Below, in pieces: positions 40,366 to 48,447 of a stretch of DNA of 50,824 nucleotides (the stretch's first letter is position 1; every line of letters begins with the position of its first letter). The position numbers and the translations under genes are program-made. The notes beneath the pieces were generated by a model that ran no database searches, had not been told where the DNA came from, and saw only the letters and a list, made by a program, of their open reading frames with translations. Location: NCBI GenBank assembly GCA_964565845.1, contig CAZMGO010000002.1, positions 1 to 50,824 of the forward strand, given 5' to 3'. The stretch is from an uncultured Oscillospiraceae bacterium. GTDB taxonomy: Bacteria > Bacillota > Clostridia > Christensenellales > Aristaeellaceae.

Positions 40366-41691
40366 GTGCTCGAATTTGAAATGGAATCGTCTAACTACGC
40401 TTCGATTAAGGTAGTCGGAGTCGGCGGCGCGGGAACAAACGCGGTAAACCGCATGGTGGATAGTGGTCTGCGCGGCGTGGAATTTATCGCCGTAAATACC
40501 GATAAGCAGGCGCTACAGCTCAGCAAGGCGACAAACAAGGTTCAGATCGGCGAAAAGCTGACCAAGGGCTTGGGCGCAGGCGCAAATCCCGACGTCGGCA
40601 AGCGCGCGGCGGAGGAAAGCCGCGAGGAGCTGGCTCAAATCATGAAGGGCGCGGATCTTGTGTTCGTTACCTGCGGCATGGGCGGCGGCACGGGCACCGG
40701 CGCGGCGCCGATCATTGCGGAAATCGCCCGCGATCAGGGCATTCTCACCATTGGCGTGGTGTCGAAGCCGTTCATGTTCGAAGGCAGACAGCGCATGAAG
40801 AATGCGGAGAACGGCATTGAGCAGCTGAAGGCCAATGTGGATACGCTGGTCGTGGTTCCGAACGATCGTCTTCTGCAGATCGTTTCCAAGGGCACCACAA
40901 TGACCGAGGCCTTCAAGATTGCCGACGATACGCTTCGTCAGGGCATTCAGGGCATTTCCGACCTGATCGCTTTGCCTGCGATGATTAACCTTGACTTTGC
41001 GGATGTGCGCACGGTAATGGAATCCCGCGGCCTTGCGCATATGGGCATCGGCGTTGGAAGCGGTGAAAACCGTATGGTAGAGGCTGCCAAGCAGGCGGTC
41101 TCCAGCCCGATGCTGGAGACCTCCATTGACGGCGCGCGCGCCGTGCTGATCAACATCACGGGAAGCCCGGACACCTCCATCATTGAGGTAAACGAGGCCG
41201 CCCAGCTGATCACGCAGGCAGCGGATCCCGAGGCGAACATCATCTTCGGCGCGGGCATCGATGAAAGCCTGACGGACGAGGTGCACATCACCGTAATTGC
41301 AACCGGCTTTGAAAAGACGCCGTTCCCGGATAAGAAGAGCAGCAACCCCTTCGCAAGAAAGCCGGAACGTTCGCGGACGAGCGAGGATACCGCGGAAACG
41401 GGCATCCCGGAAGCCGGCGAGACCGCGGATGAAGCGGGCGCGAGCATTCCGCCGATCTTCGATCGCCGTCCAGAGCAGACGCATCGCCCGGCAGCCCGTC
41501 CCAGCACGCAGCGCCCGGCGCAGCGTCCGCAGGCGCGCCCCGCAGGCGAGGCCTCCACGCGCATTCCGCCGCGGCAGACGCCGAGAACCTATGGTGACTC
41601 CGATGCGTTTGCTGAGCCGAGACCCGCGCGCCGCGGCTTCTCTCCGGATCGGCCGAGCTTCCTTGGCAACCGCGAAAAGAAGGGCGAATAA
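40366..41691 (+). CDS. ftsZ: Cell-division GTPase FtsZ with a long Pro/Arg-rich C-terminal linker
   Basis: Tubulin signature [17 protein letters not shown], and the C-terminal peptide ..DRPSFLGN... GTG 40366 lies 7 nt after GAGGGGGA. ATG 40381 is an alternative start. Confidence 0.93.
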   Translation: MLEFEMESSNYASIKVVGVGGAGTNAVNRMVDSGLRGVEFIAVNTDKQALQLSKATNKVQIGEKLTKGLGAGANPDVGKRAAEESREELAQIMKGADLVFVTCGMGGGTGTGAAPIIAEIARDQGILTIGVVSKPFMFEGRQRMKNAENGIEQLKANVDTLVVVPNDRLLQIVSKGTTMTEAFKIADDTLRQGIQGISDLIALPAMINLDFADVRTVMESRGLAHMGIGVGSGENRMVEAAKQAVSSPMLETSIDGARAVLINITGSPDTSIIEVNEAAQLITQAADPEANIIFGAGIDESLTDEVHITVIATGFEKTPFPDKKSSNPFARKPERSRTSEDTAETGIPEAGETADEAGASIPPIFDRRPEQTHRPAARPSTQRPAQRPQARPAGEASTRIPPRQTPRTYGDSDAFAEPRPARRGFSPDRPSFLGNREKKGE

Positions 41692-41730
41692 TTCCACATT
41701 CAAGAATCTCACAGCATCAAAACCAAAATG

Positions 41731-41756
41731 GGAGCACCTGCGGGTGTTCCTTTTTT
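41731..41756 (+). terminator. Intrinsic terminator after ftsZ
   Basis: GGAGCACC-tgcg-GGTGTTCC followed by TTTTTT (41751-41756). Confidence 0.65.
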
Positions 41757-41789
41757 GATTCCAAAGTGCTCGATGAGTTTACGAATACA

Positions 41790-41798
41790 TGCTATACT
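41790..41798 (+). promoter_or_regulatory. Extended -10 element TGcTATACT upstream of the GT2 gene
   Basis: TGc at 41790-41792 and TATACT at 41793-41798, about 25 nt upstream of ATG 41823. No good -35 is present. Confidence 0.4.
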
Positions 41799-41822
41799 GG
41801 CCCTGCAAAGGGAGGCGAGGAC

Positions 41823-43088
41823 ATGGAGTGGCTCATGGGGATGTGCGACGGGCTGGGCGTGATCGCGCAGATTATGGGCGCGCTTACGATGTATACGATG
41901 CTGATTTCCGTAATCGGCTTTTTTACGACAAAGCGATATGGCGGAGCCAAGGCCTATCATCGATATGCCGTGCTTGTGGCGGCGCGAAACGAGGAAACCG
42001 TAGTTGCGCGTCTGGTGGAAAGCCTTCAAAATCAGGAATATCCGTCGGGACGGATTACGGTATTCGTCGTTGCAGACAACTGCACCGATGCGACGGCGCT
42101 TGCCGCGCGAAGAGCCGGTGCGCTGGTCTACGAGCATCAAAATCCCAAGGAACGCACGAAGGGCTTTGCGCTGCGCTATCTGGTGGAATGCATTCGCAGG
42201 GATTATGGCATAGACGCGTTTGAGGGCTATTTTATCTTCGACGCGGACAACGTGCTGAAGCGAGATTATGTGGCGCGCATGAATGATGCGTTTGATGCGG
42301 GAGAAAAGGTTGTCGTCTCCTTTCGCAACAGCAAAAATTTGGATGGAAGCTGGATTGCGGCCTCCTATGCGCTGCATTGGCTGCGTACCTGCCGCACGGA
42401 GCACCGGGGACGCAGCATCCTCGGGCTTTCCGCGCGCGTACAGGGGACGGGCGTGCTGTTTTCCGGCGAGCTGATTCGAGACGGGTGGAACTATACGTCG
42501 TTTACGGAGGATCGCGCGTTTTCGGCGGATGCGGTTGTGAAGGGCTATCATATCGCCTATCAGGATGCGGCGGAATTCTACGATGAGCAGCCGGAGGATA
42601 TGCGCGTGGCGCTTCGGCAGCGCCTGCGCTGGGCAAAGGGGCATTTGCAGTCATTTACGGAGTCGGGCGGAAAACTGCTGCGGGGTGTGTTCATGAGTCG
42701 CGCGGCGATTTGCTACGATATGCTGTGGACGGTTGTGCCGAAGGGGCTGTTTCTATTCTTTATTCGCATTGTCCGGCTTGCGCTGGGTCTGATTTGCGGC
42801 CTGAGCGCGGGGACTCTTTTGCTGGATTACGGAAGGAGCTTTGCGGCGAGCTGGGGCGGCAGTGTGCTGCTGGCTGCCTATGTGCTGGTGATGGAGCGAA
42901 GGAGGCTTCAGCGGCTATCCCTTGGCAAAGCCGCGCTGGATTGCCTGCTGTTTCCGATATTTGATCTGATCGGCCTGTTCTCTTCTGTCGCGGCGCTGTT
43001 TGTAAAGGTGGAGTGGAAGCCGATTCCGCATCGAATCAATCGGACGATGGAGGAAATGGAGGATTCGGTGGAGGATCGGAGCGCCTGA
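41823..43088 (+). CDS. Membrane-bound family 2 glycosyltransferase, processive type (Q-x-x-RW)
   Basis: N-terminal TM segment. AARNEE, DADN, TED and QRLRWAKG motifs. Several C-terminal TM segments. ATG 41823 lies 7 nt after GGAGG. Confidence 0.8.
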   Translation: MEWLMGMCDGLGVIAQIMGALTMYTMLISVIGFFTTKRYGGAKAYHRYAVLVAARNEETVVARLVESLQNQEYPSGRITVFVVADNCTDATALAARRAGALVYEHQNPKERTKGFALRYLVECIRRDYGIDAFEGYFIFDADNVLKRDYVARMNDAFDAGEKVVVSFRNSKNLDGSWIAASYALHWLRTCRTEHRGRSILGLSARVQGTGVLFSGELIRDGWNYTSFTEDRAFSADAVVKGYHIAYQDAAEFYDEQPEDMRVALRQRLRWAKGHLQSFTESGGKLLRGVFMSRAAICYDMLWTVVPKGLFLFFIRIVRLALGLICGLSAGTLLLDYGRSFAASWGGSVLLAAYVLVMERRRLQRLSLGKAALDCLLFPIFDLIGLFSSVAALFVKVEWKPIPHRINRTMEEMEDSVEDRSA

Positions 43089-43150
43089 ATAGGTGAAACC
43101 ATTTTTTTTCTGTATTCACGCGAATACGCACGAAAAATTCATTTCTTTTC

Positions 43151-43318
43151 TTCGACACGCGGTTGGCCGCGTGTCGAATTTGTCGACGAGGTTTTCTTTG
43201 CCTGAGGGGCGGATGTTTCGTTTTACGGACGTTCGGCTCTTTTTTTGTTTTTGGCACGCGGAAGAAAAATCGTCGAACGCGTGTCGAATTGTCGAAAATC
43301 GGTGGAAACGATGCGACA
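43151..43318 (+). promoter_or_regulatory. Array of Spo0A-box-like heptamers (TGTCGAA) upstream of spoIIGA
   Basis: TTCGACA (43151-43157, inverted), TGTCGAA (43172-43178), TGTCGAC (43181-43187), CGTCGAA (43271-43277), TGTCGAA (43282-43288), TGTCGAA (43290-43296) and TGCGACA (43312-43318, inverted, 1 mismatch). Confidence 0.65.
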
Positions 43319-43350
43319 GAAAACCGGGGAAATGCAGACGGCCTCTGCCG

Positions 43351-43356
43351 TATAAT
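43351..43356 (+). promoter_or_regulatory. Candidate -10 (TATAAT) of the spoIIGA-sigE promoter
   Basis: Perfect TATAAT 23 nt upstream of the proposed GTG start. There is no canonical -35 at 17-nt spacing, as expected for a Spo0A-activated promoter. Confidence 0.4.
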
Positions 43357-43378
43357 GGCTTTGCGAGGGGGGACGGGC

Positions 43379-44131
43379 GTGGATGTGAGCGCAGAGGCAT
43401 ATCTGGCTGCCAATCTCCTGTTCGATTTCTTCCTGCTATGTCTGTCGGCGCGCGGAACGTGGTTCTTTCGTCCGGAGCGATTGGCTTCGGCGGCGCTGTT
43501 CGGCGCGCTTTCGGCGCTGGTGTTCGAGGCGCTGATGCTGCCAGCGGCGGCGTTTGCGGCAGTGGTTCCCGTGTGTCTGATTGCGTTTCCGCTGACGGAC
43601 GGAAGGCGGTTTCTGGCGGCCTGCGCAAGAGTGCTTTTGTATGCGTTTCTGCTGGCTGGGGCAATGGACGCCGTGCGGCGCGCAGGTGCGGAGCGAGGCG
43701 TTCAGGCATTGACGGGGATGGCAGCCGTGTGGGCGGCCGATGCGCTGGGAAGGCAGATACAGCCTGAGCAGGACAGGGTGCAGCTGCGCGTGTGGAGCGG
43801 AGGACGCTGGTGGAGATTTGCTGCGCTCGTCGATACGGGCAACCTGCTTCGGGAGCCGCTGAGCGCGCTTCCGGTGCTGATTGCAGACGAGGCGGCGCTG
43901 GGACGGCAGGCATACCGGACGCTTTCGGCTCAGGCGGGACTGCGCACGGCAGGGTTTCAAACGGTGGGCGGAGAGGGAGAGCTTCTCTGTGTTCGTCCGG
44001 AGCGGATAGAGGTTCGCACCGGCGAGCGTTGGAGACAGGCGCCGGATCTGTGGATTGGGCTATATCCGGGAAGGCTGCGCGGCCATGTGCACGCGCTTGC
44101 ACCCGGAGTACTGGGACAAAAAAGAGCTTGA
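43379..44131 (+). CDS. spoIIGA: Sigma-E processing peptidase SpoIIGA
   Basis: Multi-TM N-terminal half ([14 protein letters not shown]..). Aspartic-protease motif LVDTGN. Located directly upstream of sigE. GTG 43379 lies 6 nt after GAGGGGGG. The ORF-track start at 43163 would cover the promoter region. Confidence 0.8.
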   Translation: MDVSAEAYLAANLLFDFFLLCLSARGTWFFRPERLASAALFGALSALVFEALMLPAAAFAAVVPVCLIAFPLTDGRRFLAACARVLLYAFLLAGAMDAVRRAGAERGVQALTGMAAVWAADALGRQIQPEQDRVQLRVWSGGRWWRFAALVDTGNLLREPLSALPVLIADEAALGRQAYRTLSAQAGLRTAGFQTVGGEGELLCVRPERIEVRTGERWRQAPDLWIGLYPGRLRGHVHALAPGVLGQKRA

Positions 44132-44144
44132 AGGAGGCGGCCGA

Positions 44145-44861
44145 ATGGGAGTTGCGGCAATTCCTCTGGTGAAACGGTCGGTCTATGGGTTAATAGTTAG
44201 AATGCGCAGGGGTACCGTGGCGTACATAGGCGGAAGCGATTTGCTTCCGGCACCGCTGACCCGCGAGGAAGAAGAGGCGATGGTCAGGCGCTCGGACGAC
44301 GGAGATACCAAGGCTCGCGCGTCCCTGATCGAGCACAATCTGCGCTTAGTGGTTTTTATCGCCCGGAAGTTCGAAAATACGGGGCTGGGAATCGAGGATC
44401 TGATTTCAATCGGCACAATCGGGCTGATTAAAGCGGTGAACTCATTTAAGCTGGACAAGCAGATTAAGCTGGCGACGTACGCGTCGCGCTGCATCGAGAA
44501 TGAAATTCTAATGGTGCTGCGCCGGACGAACAAGCTGAAGCTGGAGGTATCCTTCGACGAGCCGCTGAACACGGACTGGGACGGCAACGAGCTTTTGCTC
44601 TCGGACGTGATGGGCACGGAGCCGGACCTCGTGTCCCGCGATTTGGAGGCAGACGAGGAAAAGACGGCGCTTAGGCAGGCAATCGACCACCTGAACCCGC
44701 GCGAGAAGCAAATTATCGACCTGCGCTATGGCATGAAGGACGGCAACGAACGCACGCAGAAGGAAGTGGCTGACCTGATGGGCATTTCGCAGAGCTACAT
44801 ATCCAGACTCGAAAAGAAGATCATCGTGAAGCTGCAAAGGGACATGCAGAAGCTGGCCTGA
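44145..44861 (+). CDS. sigE: Sporulation sigma factor SigE (pro-sigma-E)
   Basis: Pro-sequence followed by [17 protein letters not shown]. Regions 2, 3 and 4 ([24 protein letters not shown]). ATG 44145 lies 7 nt after GAAGGAGG. Length is 238 aa. Confidence 0.9.
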   Translation: MGVAAIPLVKRSVYGLIVRMRRGTVAYIGGSDLLPAPLTREEEEAMVRRSDDGDTKARASLIEHNLRLVVFIARKFENTGLGIEDLISIGTIGLIKAVNSFKLDKQIKLATYASRCIENEILMVLRRTNKLKLEVSFDEPLNTDWDGNELLLSDVMGTEPDLVSRDLEADEEKTALRQAIDHLNPREKQIIDLRYGMKDGNERTQKEVADLMGISQSYISRLEKKIIVKLQRDMQKLA

Positions 44862-44866
44862 GCCGG

Positions 44867-44908
44867 TACGAGGAATCCCCCGGATGAAGCGTCCGGGGAT
44901 TCCTCGTA
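44867..44908. terminator. Long stem-loop between convergent sigE and the nucleoside hydrolase gene
   Basis: TACGAGGAATCCCCCGGA-tgaagcg-TCCGGGGATTCCTCGTA forms a 17-bp stem with one bulged C. No clear U-tract on either side. Confidence 0.55.
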
Positions 44909-44915
44909 AACGGAG

Positions 44916-45830
44916 TTATTTTGTCAGCTTGGCGACCAGATCGGCCATCAGCGCGTCGCGCTTGATGCTCCATACGTAGCGGAAGGGTGCGCGCCGGGGA
45001 TCCTGCGAATAATGATGGTCATATTGCGGAATGGGCGTGGGAAGGATGCGGCTGCTCATGAAGCGGTCGTCATCGTTCAGAAGCCATGCGACGGCGGTCA
45101 CGTCCCAAATTACACGGCTCCACGGCTTGCCCTTGGCGTAGCGATTTGCGGCCGCGATGGTTGCGTTGGCCAGATGGTCGCACAGGGCGCTCTTTCCGAT
45201 CAGCCAATAATGAAGCTCCGGCTCGGTGAGCGTGAATCGATCGACCACGCCCATGCAGGGCAGCTGCACGACGGCGGCACCGCTTCCGAATACGACGCGC
45301 GCGGCGGCAACGTCCTGCATCATGTTGAACTCCTTCGTGTCCGGCCATTCCAGCGAATGACCGCCAAGCCACACAACCACGATGTTTTCGGCAATCGCAG
45401 GGTTCAGCAGAAGCGCCGATGCGACGTTCGTAATGGCGCCGATTGCCACAACATACAGCGGCTGCGCGGGCGAATAGGCGGCTGCGCGGGCGACGAGGTC
45501 ACGCGCGGCAGGGGAATCCACCGGCGTATTTTCATCGGGCAGGTAGCGGCGCGAGCCCTCGAAGGCGAAGGGAATCAAATCCTCGCGCTCGGCAAGCTTC
45601 AGAAGCGTTTTAATTTCCGCATGGCTCTTCAGCATGCCGTCCTCAGGGCCGTTTGAGTTCTCGTTGAAGAACGGCGCGGCGTAGACAGCGCGGGTGTTGA
45701 TGCGCTCCGTGCTGCGAAGCATGTAGGAAAGGGCGAACTGGTCGTCGATTTCGTTAAAGGTATCCGTATCCAGAACGGCGTCGATGATGCCCTGCGGCGC
45801 GCGCAGGCGGTTCAGAATCGTGTCATACAT
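44916..45830 (-). CDS. IUNH-family nucleoside (N-ribo)hydrolase
   Basis: Aspartate cluster DTDTFNEIDD near the N-terminus. ATG at 45830 lies 9 nt after GGAGG. The ORF-track start at 45884 overlaps the upstream gene. Confidence 0.75.
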   Translation of the reverse strand: MYDTILNRLRAPQGIIDAVLDTDTFNEIDDQFALSYMLRSTERINTRAVYAAPFFNENSNGPEDGMLKSHAEIKTLLKLAEREDLIPFAFEGSRRYLPDENTPVDSPAARDLVARAAAYSPAQPLYVVAIGAITNVASALLLNPAIAENIVVVWLGGHSLEWPDTKEFNMMQDVAAARVVFGSGAAVVQLPCMGVVDRFTLTEPELHYWLIGKSALCDHLANATIAAANRYAKGKPWSRVIWDVTAVAWLLNDDDRFMSSRILPTPIPQYDHHYSQDPRRAPFRYVWSIKRDALMADLVAKLTK

Positions 45831-45843
45831 GAGAAAAAACCTC

Positions 45844-47679
45844 CTACCATTTTCCCTGACGGTACTCCCGCCAGACATTTTCAAAGAAGTCGTCCTCCTC
45901 GGGAATGGGCTTTACGCTGCGCCAGCGGCAGGTGACGGAGGTATCCGTCATGCGAACCTCCTGCACCTGCTTGGTCAGGTCGGCAGCGTTCTGCGGCTCC
46001 GGCTCGTAGATTGCGCTTCCGCGGCTGCCGCCGCCGTGCGATAGGTAGTCGAGCATGCCCGTGAGCATGGCGCGGCGGGTAATCAGCGCGTCGCGCAGAC
46101 GGAAAAGCTGTCCCAGCTCGCTTTCTTTGCGGTAACGCGCGGTGTGCTCGAAGTCCCGCAGCAGGGAGGACGTGTCCGACAAAAGCGCTCGAATGGCGTC
46201 CGGCTGGCGTACCGCGCCCGCGCAGGCGCTCATTCGGGCGGCGTTTTCGGCATTGAGCGCTTCGAGATTGGATGCGTCTGCATGACATGCGGCAGCGACG
46301 CGGCGAACGGCGCGCAGGGCTTCGGCCTCATTCAGCGGCGAGGGAAGCTGCTCCGGCTCGCGGCTGATTGCGCGGGCAGCGCGCGCGGCGCCGACCTGTC
46401 CGGCATTCAGCGCGCTTCCGCCGGGACGATATACGCCGTGCGTGCCTGCTGCTTCGCCGATGACATACAGGCCGGGAAGCTCCGTCTGCCACCATTCATC
46501 CACTGAAATGCCGCCGTTCATGTGCTGTGCGCACACGGCGATTTCCAGCCGTTCGCGGGAAAGGTCTATGCCGTGTGAACGATAAAATTCCACCGCCGGC
46601 GCGTTCATATGCTGAAGGCGCGCGAAGGGCGTGTCCTGCAAAGCACCTGCGCGGACAAGATAGTCGCGCGCCTCGTCTTCCAAGGCGGAAAGCGCAAAGC
46701 GATTTCCAAATGGATTCACGCGATAATCCAAAAACACGCGGCGGCCGCGGGCAATTTCATTCTGCACAAGCAGATCGATTCGGCTGGAGCCATCCTTGGC
46801 CTTGCGCGCGTCAAACGGCCACTGGTAGCCCTTCAGGAACACGGCAGTCAGCGCTTCACCGGGCGCGGCGAAGCAGCCGTCTAAAAGCTCGCGCGCGTCG
46901 CTTCCATCCCGGTCGGTGGAAATAAAGGCCGGGAGCGCCTGCATGTACGTTCCGGAAACGTTCCAGCGCGGCGCAAGGGAGGCAAGACCATACTGCCACT
47001 CCGTCAGGTTGACGGCGGCCGCACCGGCTTCCAGCAGCGCGCCGGTCATGCCGGACTGCGCGAGGGGATAGCTTACGTTCAGGTATGCCGCGGCCGGGCC
47101 GCCGGTTGCCCACACGATGTGGTTGGCGGTATATATCTCGAATGCATCGGTTTCCGTGTTCAAACACACAACGCCGCCTGCGCGCCCGTCTCTCGCCGCA
47201 ACGGAAATGGCCAGACGGTGGCCGAGGATGGGAACGCCCGCAGAGCGAACGCTTTGCTCCAGCGCCTCGGCCATCATTTTGCTTGTGAGCGGGCCGGCGG
47301 ACGTTGCTCGGCGGCGGGGGTCATGATCGGTTTTATAGCCGATGTATTCGCCGTAGCGGTTTGTGGGAAACGGAACGCCCAGCTCGCACAGGCGCAGGAA
47401 GCAGGGTGCGGACAGCGCGGCCTCGCACAGCGCGTGCGTGCCGTCCACGCAACCGCCGGAAAACAGCGTGCGCGCCATTTCGCCCACGCTGTCGCCGTCG
47501 AAGCCCGAAAGCGTCAGCTTGTAATAGGTCTGCTTGTCGCTGCCCGCATTGCGCGAGGTTCCCGCGCGTTCGTCATCGGTAAGGATGGCGAGGCTTTTTC
47601 GCCCCATGCGGTGCAGCTCGTCCGCGCATTTGAGGGCGGCGCAGCCTGTGCCGACAATTAACGTGTCAAACCCATTCAT
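45844..47679 (-). CDS. FAD-dependent oxidoreductase (FAD_binding_2 / succinate dehydrogenase-fumarate reductase flavoprotein-like), 611 aa
   Basis: N-terminal dinucleotide fold DTLIVGTGCAALKCADEL. C-terminal FAD motif LYVIGEAAGTHG. 4-nt overlap with the upstream SDR gene. Confidence 0.7.
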   Translation of the reverse strand: MNGFDTLIVGTGCAALKCADELHRMGRKSLAILTDDERAGTSRNAGSDKQTYYKLTLSGFDGDSVGEMARTLFSGGCVDGTHALCEAALSAPCFLRLCELGVPFPTNRYGEYIGYKTDHDPRRRATSAGPLTSKMMAEALEQSVRSAGVPILGHRLAISVAARDGRAGGVVCLNTETDAFEIYTANHIVWATGGPAAAYLNVSYPLAQSGMTGALLEAGAAAVNLTEWQYGLASLAPRWNVSGTYMQALPAFISTDRDGSDARELLDGCFAAPGEALTAVFLKGYQWPFDARKAKDGSSRIDLLVQNEIARGRRVFLDYRVNPFGNRFALSALEDEARDYLVRAGALQDTPFARLQHMNAPAVEFYRSHGIDLSRERLEIAVCAQHMNGGISVDEWWQTELPGLYVIGEAAGTHGVYRPGGSALNAGQVGAARAARAISREPEQLPSPLNEAEALRAVRRVAAACHADASNLEALNAENAARMSACAGAVRQPDAIRALLSDTSSLLRDFEHTARYRKESELGQLFRLRDALITRRAMLTGMLDYLSHGGGSRGSAIYEPEPQNAADLTKQVQEVRMTDTSVTCRWRSVKPIPEEDDFFENVWREYRQGKW

Positions 47680-48446
47680 ATCGACCTCACGTCCATATAG
47701 CCGCCGTCCACGTGCAGCACTTGTCCGGTGGAATAGGGCAGCTCGCCGTTTACAAACACCATGACCGCGCGGGCAACGTCCTCGGGAAGTCCCCAGCGAT
47801 GAAGGGGGAAATCCGCGCCCGCGAGCAGGCGGTCGTATTTCTCGGTGACCTTCGCCGTCATGTCGGTTCGAATAATGCCCGGCTGCACCTCGTAAACGAA
47901 GATATTTTCGGGCGCAAGGCGGTCGGCATACAGCTTCGTGAGCATCGAAATGCCGGCCTTGCTTACGCAGTATTCCGCGCGGTTGGACGAGGAAACCGTG
48001 GAGGAAAAGCTGGAAATATTCACGATCACGCCGCGGCGGCCCTCCTGCGCGTCCTGCTTCGTCATGACGCGCGCGACGGCCTGCGTCATGAACATCGTGC
48101 CCATCAGATTCACGCCGAGCACGTATTCAAACGATTCCTCGGTGGTCTCAAGAATATCCATGCGCACCTTGGGCGCAACGCCCGCATTGTTGACCAGCAC
48201 GTCGATGCGTCCGAAGCGGGAGACAACCTCGCGAACGAAGGCCTCGCGGTCATCCGCCTCGGCGATGGAGCCTTGGAAATAGAAGATTTCCGCGCCGTTC
48301 TCGCGCAGCGGACGGAAGGCCTCCACATAGCGCGCCTCCGGGCTTTGCCCGATCAGGCAAGCGCGATAGCCTGCCCGTGTCAGATGCTCGACGATGGCAA
48401 GCCCGATGCCGCGGCCGCCGCCGGTTACGATTGCCGTTTTTTTCAT
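47676..48446 (-). CDS. Short-chain dehydrogenase/reductase (SDR)
   Basis: TGGGRGIG cofactor motif, NNAG, and the catalytic YCVSK. Confidence 0.85.
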   Translation of the reverse strand: MKKTAIVTGGGRGIGLAIVEHLTRAGYRACLIGQSPEARYVEAFRPLRENGAEIFYFQGSIAEADDREAFVREVVSRFGRIDVLVNNAGVAPKVRMDILETTEESFEYVLGVNLMGTMFMTQAVARVMTKQDAQEGRRGVIVNISSFSSTVSSSNRAEYCVSKAGISMLTKLYADRLAPENIFVYEVQPGIIRTDMTAKVTEKYDRLLAGADFPLHRWGLPEDVARAVMVFVNGELPYSTGQVLHVDGGYMDVRSI

Positions 48447-48447
48447 A

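Noticed and set aside
43200-43250. A T-rich stretch (GGCTCTTTTTTTGTTTTT) that looked like a second terminator between the GT2 gene and spoIIGA.
   Set aside because: I could not find a convincing GC-rich stem immediately upstream of the T-run.
43252-43268. A TGGCAC hexamer that resembles the -24 element of sigma-54 promoters, upstream of spoIIGA.
   Set aside because: The required TTGC -12 element is not present 5 nt downstream (the sequence is gcggaAGAAA). The context fits a Spo0A / sigma-A promoter instead.
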